DNA of 63,722 nucleotides, filler included, from It is 5 parts of 5 records of this genome, joined end to end, with 100 filler letters (N's around TTAATTAATTAA, not from the genome) between each part and the next. Parts side by side here need not be neighbours in the genome. Positions count along the whole stretch, not along the records: positions 47,646 to 56,924 come from DRR378314_2525; positions 57,025 to 63,722 come from DRR378314_2531; 3 more parts are not named here. One strand, 5' to 3'. Shown piece by piece: positions 54,275 to 63,722 of this stretch (position 1 is its first letter; each line of letters starts with the position of its first letter). The notes under the pieces were generated by a model. It saw only the letters and a program-made list of their open reading frames with translations, ran no database searches and was not told where the DNA came from. The position numbers and the translations under genes were made by a program.

Positions 54275-54970
54275 TCAATTAAGTTCCGGCGACTTCCAAA
54301 ATTTCGTACCCGTGGCACCCGCAGAAACGCGCCACCCCTTCTTACTCAGTGCAAAGAATGATCGGCCCTCTGTGAAGTGGAGCGTTTCGCCCGAACGATC
54401 CTCTCCATACATCGCACCTGTTTCTGCAGTCGCGTCATAGCCCTGGCTGATGAACTTTTCCAAGTCCGCGGGTGTTTCGAACAGAATGACAAACTTGGTT
54501 TCGAACCCACCAATTCCGATGGCCCCACCGACCCCGCCTGTACCCATATTCATATATGTGTGTTGTTCAGTTTCCTTTGAAACGGCTACACCGCGGCCGT
54601 AGCCAGCCGACACTGGAAACACGGTCACTTTACGCGAGTCGAATACGGCATATCCGGCACTGACATCGTAGAGTGCTTGCGCCTGCGGGTCTTCTGCAAG
54701 CAATTGATCCAGAATGTCGCCCGCCATCGCATCCAGCTTGGCACGCGTTTCTTCTGGCGTCGCTTCGTTCTTTAACAGTTCAGAAGTGGAATCAATGGTT
54801 TCATCAACTGCGTTGGCACCCTTTTCAATAGTGTTCCCAACGCCCTCTGCGCCGCGGCCGATAGCGGTTGCTGTGTTCTCGGCCCCTTTTTTGATCTTGT
54901 CCAGAACGCCCTCGGCAAAAGCGGGGCTGTTCAGACAAAGCGCCGCGGCAATGAATAATATTCTGGGCAT
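54275..54970 (-). CDS. Secreted Ysc84/SYLF-like domain protein
   Basis: Signal-like MPRILFIAAALCLNSPAFA; AGYAVF...G.GVAV...YMNM..GGVG...VILFET pattern. Start uncertain. Confidence 0.6.
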   Translation of the reverse strand: MPRILFIAAALCLNSPAFAEGVLDKIKKGAENTATAIGRGAEGVGNTIEKGANAVDETIDSTSELLKNEATPEETRAKLDAMAGDILDQLLAEDPQAQALYDVSAGYAVFDSRKVTVFPVSAGYGRGVAVSKETEQHTYMNMGTGGVGGAIGIGGFETKFVILFETPADLEKFISQGYDATAETGAMYGEDRSGETLHFTEGRSFFALSKKGWRVSAGATGTKFWKSPELN

Positions 54971-55072
54971 GGTGGAATTCCGCATGAGACCATCAACTTG
55001 ATCGACACCATAACCCAATTGCCTCGATTGAGAACCGGTCTTTAGAACGCGCAGATGATATTTGTCTCAGCT

Positions 55073-55342
55073 TCAGTTCACCTGGAATTCGCCAACCATG
55101 TTCCTCCACTCGCCCGGAGCGATCATCTTGCGATGGGTAAAACGGACCGAATGCAGCGGTCCCTCAATCTCTTTTTGCCAATATTCAACGAATTCAAAAA
55201 GCTTAGGATGATCCGGAGCAAGATCGTAGTCCTGCCATATGAACGTGTTCAGAACGTGAATATAGTCGGGCATATGGTAGAAGAACTCGGCCGTCGTTAA
55301 CCCGTAACCTCTGAGCATAAGTTCAGTTTCGCTTTGCGCCAT
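55073..55342 (-). CDS. usg: Usg family protein
   Basis: GYGLTTAE..YHMPD, WQDYDLAP..P.L..F...W..EIEGPLHSV. Confidence 0.88.
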   Translation of the reverse strand: MAQSETELMLRGYGLTTAEFFYHMPDYIHVLNTFIWQDYDLAPDHPKLFEFVEYWQKEIEGPLHSVRFTHRKMIAPGEWRNMVGEFQVN

Positions 55343-55536
55343 TCAGACCTCCAAATTTGTTACAAGGTCTTCTCAGGGTAACATGGAAACCACCTAATAC
55401 TTAGATAACAATATGTTACTCAACTGTTACCAAGCTAAATTGGCCTCGAGACGGTTGCTTGCTTGCACCTTATATGCCGCGTCTGATAAGGTGCATCCAC
55501 AAGATATAGATCAAAAACAAGACACGGGCAGCCTAC

Positions 55537-56924
55537 GTGAGCGATACGCCAGAAACACCTGAAAACATGGATGAAACTCCGCCAGAACGCCCGGTCTATG
55601 ATGGTCCGACGGTCTCTATCGAATCCGAGATGCGCACGTCCTACTTGGATTATGCCATGTCTGTCATCGTTTCGCGCGCGATCCCCGATCTGCGAGACGG
55701 GTTGAAGCCGGTGCATCGGCGCATTCTCTATGCAATGCACGAAACCGGGAACACGCACGACAAATCCTATCGCAAGTCCGCCCGTCCGGTTGGCGACGTG
55801 ATGGGTAAGTACCACCCACATGGTGACAGCGCGATCTATGACGCGCTGGTGCGGATGGCACAAGATTTCTCGATGTCGCTGCCGCTGCTGGATGGTCAGG
55901 GCAACTTTGGTTCGATGGACGGCGATAACCCGGCGGCCATGCGCTATACCGAAGTGCGGATGGATAAGCCTGCCGCATCCCTGCTGGCCGATATCGAAAA
56001 AGACACGGTCGATTTTCAGGACAACTACGACGGCAAAGACAAAGAGCCGACCGTCCTGCCCGCCCGTTTTCCGAATATGTTGGTCAACGGTGCCGGTGGT
56101 ATCGCCGTGGGTATGGCAACCAACATTCCGCCACATAATCTGGGCGAAGTCATTGACGCGACGCTGGCACTGATCGACGACCCGGATCTGACGTCCGAGC
56201 AGTTGATCGAATACGTCCCCGGCCCCGACTTCCCGACCGGCGGCCTGATGTTGGGCCGCTCGGGTGCGCGCAAGGCCTACCTGGAAGGCCGCGGCAGCGT
56301 CATCATCCGCTCAAAAACCCGCGTCGAGGAGATCCGCAAAGATCGCTATGCCATCGTTGTGGATGAAATCCCCTATCAGGTAAACAAGGCTTCGATGATC
56401 GAAAAGATCGCCGAAGCCGTGCGCGAAAAGCGGATTGAAGGCGTCTCCCACGTCCAGGACGAATCCGACCGAAACGGTGTGCGCGTCGTAGTCGAACTTA
56501 AACGCGATGCAACGCCCGAGGTGGTGCTGAATCAGCTGTTCCGCTTCTCGCCGATGCAAACCTACTTCGGCTGTAACATGCTGGCATTGAATGGCGGTCG
56601 GCCCGAACAGCTGACGCTTCGTCGCTTTTTGACCTCGTTTATCGACTTCCGCGAAGATGTCGTCGCCCGTCGAACCGCGTATCTGTTGCGTAAGGCGCGC
56701 GAACGCAGCCACATTCTGTGTGGTCTGGCCGTGGCCGTCACCAATATCGATGAGATTGTGACGACGATCCGCCAATCTGCAGACGCCGCTGAGGCCCGCG
56801 AAAAGCTGATGACTCGGCGATGGCCCGCGCAGCCGATCCTGGAATACATCGCGTTGATCGATGATCCGACCCACACAGCGAACGAGGATGGAACCTATAA
56901 CCTGTCCGAAACGCAAGCGCGCGC
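55537..56924 (+). CDS. gyrA: DNA gyrase subunit A (3' truncated)
   Basis: [51 protein letters not shown]. Runs into the spacer. Confidence 0.96.
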
Positions 56925-57024
56925 NNNNNNNNNNNNNNNNNNNNNNNNNNNNNNNNNNNNNNNNNNNNTTAATTAATTAANNNNNNNNNNNNNNNNNNNN
57001 NNNNNNNNNNNNNNNNNNNNNNNN
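56925..57024. other. Artificial contig spacer 4
   Basis: N44-TTAATTAATTAA-N44. Confidence 0.97.
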
Positions 57025-57703
57025 CTGCGGTGGGCGCGTCGGGCACAGTGCTCGGGTACTGAGCGGGCGTGTTGGTGGAGTATTCACCTGTGCAGATTGA
57101 GTTTATAGCCGAGACGCGGAATACGTATGAGATTCCGTTTGTGAGTCCTGTTACCGACTGTGATGTCGCTGGCGTTCCTGTATCCGCAACTCGAGTCTGC
57201 CACGCAAGTCCGTTATTCACGCTGGACTCAATTTTGTAACCGATGATCGATGAACCTCCATCACTGGCTGGCGTGTTCCATGTGATATCTATACTTCCGC
57301 TATTGTAACTTGTCACTGTCGCAGATGATGGGGCGCTTGGGGGATTACATGCAATAGCTGACGCTAGATTGGATGATGTGCCAACTCCGGAACTGTTGAT
57401 AGCTGATACTTGAAAGGTATAAGATGTTCCCTGTACCAATCCGGAAACGGTGTATGACGTCGCAGGCGTTCCTGTATCTGATTGGGCAACATTCCAGGTG
57501 GAACCAGCATCGGTTGAGAACTCGATTTTATAGCCAGTGATTGACGAGCCACCGGTAGAAGTAGGGGCTGTCCAGGATAAAGAAATTGAGTTTAATGTTC
57601 GACTTGTCACCGCAAGATTGGTGGGAGCACCCGCCGTTTGTGCGTCAGCGTCCAGGAGAAGGCAGGCCACGGTCACCGCGAAGAGAATTTTGTGAAAAGT
57701 CAT
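57025..57703 (-). CDS. Secreted fibronectin type III repeat protein (3' truncated)
   Basis: Signal peptide MTFHKILFAVTVACLLLDADA, two FnIII repeats (W.AP/W.TP..GGSSI.GY.IE...W, GL..G.SY.F.VSAINS) and the start of a third. Confidence 0.85.
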
Positions 57704-60700
57704 TCCTGCATGCAGTGGAGAAAAGTAGTACATCGGGGGTAAGATAAATACTACGCACCTGCCATTTCTTTTTCCCAGAAGAAAAGGTGATGTGGATAAA
57801 TGCACAGATCTTTGAGTAAGGAACGATGTTCGTAATCACTCTTGAGTAAGTGGTTTTGTAGGCAATTTTTCACTTCGTGCTGACTGCGACGTCGGGTCGG
57901 CGTAGAAAGTGCTTCCGAAGGTGACGGCGAGCCAAGCGCCGAGCCTTTCTGTCATTGAGAAACACCCGAGCAAACGTTTAGAAGCTTGTTCGAATGTCGG
58001 CCATGAGTGTATGGCACGATGGATTTTTCATGCTAAACCCCCAGATTTTTTAAAAAGTCGTGTCGAACACCTACAGCATTACGGGAACGTTTGGTGTGGA
58101 GTTCTTGGGTTTGCTTGCTCGACCGGAAGGCTACTGGGTGCTGCCACGTCTCGAAGAAAAAATCCAGCTTGCCGATACAGTATGTGCATCAGCACGGATT
58201 CCTCAGGATATACTGGTGCGAAATTAGAACCTATGAGAGCGCCATTACAGTCGCAGAAGGCGAGTGTGAATGAGAAATGTTTCCCCGTTTGGTGTTATGT
58301 TTACCCCATAATAAATTGGTGCCTGCCATAGTCCAGAATGCATGCGCAAAATTGTGCTTGTCTCTTCTGGCGGGGGATGCCAGAGCCGGACGTGGAAACT
58401 TGGCAAGCTGCCAGACTCGCCCACAACCCCGCCCCCTCCTCTCCGGTTGTGTGGGGCCAAGCGTATTAGTGCAGTCCAAGTTATGTTTCTGTTTATGGGC
58501 ATTCGGAGGCCCATCGACGCCAGCCACAAAGCGACTAACCCTTGTGTCGGCAGTTAAGCAAAACAAAATTCCGCAATTTTCATTGATGTGTGCAAATATG
58601 AGTAGTATATCTCGCATTGGGAACAAATAAATGAAGGGTGTTCTTTGTGCAACGAATCGATGGCGTCAGCAACGCAGCTATTGCCCACAGAAACGTGCCA
58701 ACAGCCGACCACGTTTTCTCCTGCTCACTTGCTACTCGACTAAAACAACCTCTGGAATCTGTATGTGAGAGACCACAGCATAAGTGCTGAGTGTATGATG
58801 AATTACCTGAACACGTGAGCTGTGCGGTTTTGGAGAGAGCCGGCAGTAAAGGGGGGCCAAAGTAGAGAAGATCTTCCGTGCGCGGCCTTTATGAACCCGC
58901 GCACCCCCTCGCGGAAAGAAACGCTTCCTCCCTTGCGGAAAGGAAGGAAATGGGTAACCGAACTCTTGGGTCAAGGGTTTCATTTAAATATCCCTTAATC
59001 CGGTTTGCTTTATAATATTTGGCTAACATGGGTAACTCGGCAGTGCCAATCAGAGTGCACTCCCCATGCCAAAAGCGCGGAAGCCGGCACATACTAGGGC
59101 TAGTCTACTGTGAAAAATGTACGGCGAGTACCGTTGTCGTCGTTCAGCTTGCGCGAGGAGTTGCGTTGCCGTTTTCCTCGTGTAGTATAATTCAAAACGA
59201 CGTAAACTACATTTCATTTCTATAATTTTGATATTCTCGATACTGAATTTAGTGGATCGTTCGAATTTTACTACTTTGGTGCGATCGGGAGCACGACTGC
59301 GAGCCGGGAACTCGAAGACAGATGGAAAGCGGCTCACACACCTCAGGCCACCTAAACCCGAGCACACAACTCAGACGAAGGTCCTCTGAACACGCGACTT
59401 CTCCGAAGAGCGAACGGAACTGCTCTTTCCATTCTTTGGCCACGGCGTTCTGTAGCGCTGACCATTGCCTACTCTCGCGTAGACCCCGCCCAAATCTCTT
59501 GCACAAGTCCAGCAGGGGCTGTAGCGCTCCTCCGTAGGGTCTTACGCGTAGCAGAAACTATTCTACCTTTTTTATCCAAAGGAAAATCATCTAAATTTGT
59601 ATCCTATTTAAGCCATTTACACGAATCGCTCCAAAAAATATTTCTTTACTGCAGTCTGGCGCCGAGTTGCGACACCAAGAATCGTGAAAACAATAGGGTA
59701 TAGCTCAGGTTCCTCTTGAACACCCTTTGGTCTTTCTTACATTTCATGGGGTTAGGGTGTATGGCATTGCGACCAAGCATAGATTTGGTCTCAAGAATGG
59801 TTTCTCTCTCACAATTATCAATGTGCCGACTTACTTCGCCTAGCGTTGCACGTTCTTCCGCTATTAGTGGTACGATCGCATGCGCCCTGCTGCTTGGCGT
59901 TTCCTGCTTCAATCCGCCTGAATCGGTTCTTTGGGCCCATGCGACTAAATACATGGCCGTAAATACTTGTTGCGAATAACTTGAAATCATCTGCAAAAAG
60001 GTCATTGGTTCGCATGAAAATGTGGCAGCAAAATCAATAGTTTGACAACGAGTTCACAAGCAAGGACGCTACTCCACTCGCGACGGCTGGGATGGCGTAC
60101 CTTTCTTGCCACCACAGGGTAGATCTTCGCAAGTATGCCCCTCTTGGATCAAACGTGTGAACAAAATTTGTATTCACTATCTGTACAGGCTATTATCAGA
60201 AGCTTAGAATCTTCGCTATGCTACTCTTGACTTTCAATATTACCCATCGAGCCCCGGAATCCAGACTCAGGGCACGCGCAGAGCGGCATACAAACCAGTG
60301 CACATATTCCTAGCCCAAATACTTGTGCAATGGCACGTAGATACTCTTGCTTGTACCGATACCCACGTAACAACACCAATCCCTCTAACCTCTATGCCTC
60401 TGACCTATTCCAGAGCAGAAGCAGTGGTGTGAATGTTCGTTTTTCACCTTTCACGTATTACAAGTGCAATTATTATCATTAATCGTAGAGTTGGATCCAG
60501 AGAATCCATAGGTGTTCAAACGGGTGGCTGCGCGGCTATCATACGAATGACTCCCCTTGGGAAGGGGCAAGAACAGGCTTTGAGGATCTACACTGCGTTG
60601 CCTTGAAGAGCTCGCGTTTGCTCTTCACTATCCTTGTCGTTATTAAAACACCCAAACGTAGTAAAAAGCCTATCGTTTGCTACGATATCAGTCGCAAGGC

Positions 60701-63700
60701 TTCATTTTTGCTCCGAAGTGGAACCGCACTGCTTCCAAACCAGTACTTAACTACCTTGTATCACGCACTGCATAAGACTGCACATTCAATCAACGATTGC
60801 AATTTGAATTGATAAATACTATCAGTCTGAATTTTTCATCAATTCTTTATAACCCAGCTATAATAATTTATGATAGCTGTGCGTTTAATCTTTCGCAGTG
60901 CTGCGTATAAGAGCTGCAGCAAAGGCAGCACATTGATTACTGGGTGCTTTCTGTAGTGGTTTGTCTGGCGTCGTCGAAGGAAGTCGGCGTGATGTTGTTC
61001 TTATTTTATTTTTTTAGATTATAGAAAAGCTTTCTTCCCATGTCATCTCATTTTTAACTAGATCTGCGTCTCCACATCACCTCAGATCTGTTGTTGAAGG
61101 TTGATTGATCTCCTATCACCTTACTTTTAGTTTCTTCAAAGATTTCAATGACCTTTGTTGAAGGGTACTGTACGACAAGCCACTATACGCACGTTGTGAC
61201 GGCGCGCGCGAACTGCTTGTACGCAGCACGCAAGCAGTCCCCTTCCTGTTCAGACCGATACCTTTCTGTTGAATTTGTTTTTGGACTGCATCTCAAGGTT
61301 TGCGAATCCCATTGTAAAATATGCTCAAACTGTAAGTTGAACAATCGGTTTGCATTTCGGTGGCAAGCCAGCGAGAGAGTGCCGTCCACTGAGGCTGCGA
61401 AGGGTACAAACCTTGACTCTCACAATCCCCCACACCCCACTCAAGCTGTACACTAAAAGCGAATTTTGGTAGCCAGCGCGATAGCAAGTTACCGATGGAT
61501 GCTGTTGTATCTTCATCGCTCAGTACATGATACTTTCGTTACTTCATAATATGTCTTGCTTTATCGTTGCGGCTGTGAGCACCCTGCTCACCCCCGGGGA
61601 GAAAAGAAGCTGCTGCTCACGTGCAGCCGGCTGAACCAAGTGCGATTTTGATGATTCCTTCGCATTGCTGTAAACGCGAGCTGAATCACAAATCGCTGCA
61701 AGGAAGCCTTGTGATTGTAAAATCTGCGAATTCTGAACGAAACATTGGAGCAAATAGTTTATATACAATGGATAAGACAAAGGTAAATATGTGCACGCAG
61801 TTCTTCAAGGCGGAAGTAGTCTGCTTCTGTTTGCTAAATGCGATCGTCGTCGTACGCTGAGGGACTCTCTAATAGCCTGTTTGATTTATTTTCCATAAAA
61901 GTCAATTACTTCCTAATTCGACCGTAGCATATATGTTAATATTTACTTCTATCGTGCTCCGCCAGGCGCAGACTGGAGGCATCTCCGACAGAAAACGCGC
62001 CTGTTGCCACAATCCGGTCCGCGAAGCAAGTCCTTTCCCCAGACCTCTACCCGCGCTCTTGCATATACTTGTACAAAGTGCTACGAAGATTAGTTTCATA
62101 TTCACTTCTGATATTGTTCCTATAGCGTAATAGTATTCCATTATCTGGGCACCTTTCTAACTTACCACTCCTTAAGGAAATTGTCAGCGGTTGAGGGCTC
62201 CCTCTGCGTCTGCAACTAAGAACTTCCTGAACAGATAACAGTGTGGAGCACAAAATGACACTCTTCATCGCTTGCAACGGTGCTGATCGTACATGTGAGT
62301 TGCGTGCCCAGTATAAGTGCCCTAAATATCATTCGATCTGGGAGGGCATGTACGAAAGTTTGTGTTTCTCATCTGAATTTGCGCGAAAGAGCCTACAAGC
62401 GTATGGAGGAGCTACGTTGGTCTGTGCCAATAAAGAACGTGCTTGCGCAGGTGCGCCTGATGAAGGTCGCGAAATCCAAGGCCCTCGCCCTACCTTGATA
62501 TCCTACAGCGGTTTCAGGTGTGTGCATGTAAAATTGTTAAGCATGCGCACGGAAAAGATGCCTTTTTTTAAACCAAGTAGACCGACCGACGAGTGTTTCG
62601 TGCTTCGGCGGACGACATTGTGTGCGCGTCCTGCAGGGGCGCGAAAATTCACGCACAGGTATCCGACACATGGATTCATGACAAATGCAAATGACGACAG
62701 TCACAACATAGATTGTGAATAATTATTTTTCGGGCTTTCTCTGAGAGTTACGGAAAGGTTGCAGAGAAGAACAATTTTGCAAACGTGGGCACTCTCCTCT
62801 CAAGGCCGCCATGCTTTGCCTGCGACCAACGCCAAATTTGGTGGATAGTTTTGGCAGTCGATTCAAACGCTTGATTGGCTCCCGAACCAGGTTTGCCCCA
62901 CCCCGGATTCTCAGTGTTCACAATGAAGTATTATTGTAAAAACAATGTTGAGTCCAAGATTACAGCTGGGCTGCTGGTTGTGACCTGCTCTACATTTTTT
63001 GCATTCCAAAACCCAACTGTAGTGCCTGCCACACATCGCAAATTGCACCCTTGCCGGCATGCCACTGTAACGCGTCTCCAGGCACTTCGAATGTCATTCT
63101 GGAACATAAAACGCAATAATTCATACTTATCGAATCCAAAAATGAAAACCCTGAAAAGGAAAAATAAGAGACGGGCTCTTCAATAATCAGAAACGAAGCA
63201 TTCAGAGCATGAAGATCAGCTGTGAGACCAACTTCGGCGGGCTTGAGCAAGCCGAGAAACGAGTGTCTTGAACAGTCCCATGAAAATAGTAAATCAATAC
63301 AGCTGCCAATCATCCACAATACTTCACCTTTACAATGACGTCTCTCCAATACTTAGAGTACCGTCATACACGCCTTGGGTGCACAGGAGAATATGGCAAA
63401 CATTCGTGGAGTCCGCGCAGCAATTGAGCTCTTCTGCCTACCCTGCTGCCAAGTGTCTCGCCCCACATACCAAGAGTTTACGACGCATGCGGTAGGCTAA
63501 TCAGAAATGCCACACATACGATTTCTTATCCACATATGATTGTATGCGCGTATATGATTAACTCTATTGGCAAGGAGGAAGGTTGAATACTGTATTTCTG
63601 AATGCCCAGGCAGTAAAGCGGAGCGCTGTTGTGTCGCTGAGGAGACAAAAATCACACAACGTTCCCAGAGACGGTACGACGCGCGCGCTTACCGCAGAAA

Positions 63701-63722
63701 ATCTTGTTTACTGCGAGTGCAA

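Noticed and set aside
58700..63500. Degenerate transposon or hidden genes in contig 5
   Set aside because: I could not recognise RT, integrase or DDE motifs, terminal repeats or coherent reading frames. A translated search against repeat libraries would be needed.

Overview
This window is not one locus. It is five unrelated contigs joined by artificial 100-nt spacers (N44-TTAATTAATTAA-N44). (1) 1-24400 is an AT-rich Flavobacteriaceae-type chromosome: gyrA fragment, clpC, nnr, thrABC, a stand-alone glf plus Galf-transferase pair, aminopeptidase P, gcvT, yebC, a beta-helix protein, kdsB-HAD-kdnB-like and a RecD-like helicase. (2) 24501-30740 is GC-rich and probably eukaryotic, with one truncated secreted protein of more than 1900 aa (three FG-GAP propeller modules, three C-type lectin domains). 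(3) 30841-47545 is Rhodobacteraceae-type: infA fragment, C-N hydrolase, cobB, DUF2946-like/PCuAC copper pair, rpmB, an orphan RTX protein, pcs, ogt, ileS, ycjX-GNAT-ycjF, truA, gnd, Nudix, panE and an argF fragment. (4) 47646-56924 is Rhodobacteraceae-type: tRNA 3' end, dmdB-like ligase, pgi-pgl-zwf, radical SAM, usg and a gyrA fragment. (5) 57025-63722 is probably eukaryotic: a truncated FnIII-repeat gene and about 6 kb of non-coding-looking DNA. The best signals are mostly small elements that the ORF track misses or does not explain: a leaderless Ile-rich uORF with twin identical-loop hairpins before ileS, a Thr/Ile-rich uORF before flavobacterial thrA, a CxxC/RAPP leader protein whose last codons pair with the PCuAC ribosome-binding site, and an RTX protein whose N-terminus resembles Cry-toxin domain I by eye. 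All family assignments come from recognising motifs by eye; no searches were run. I saw no CRISPR array, integrase, transposase or defence system.
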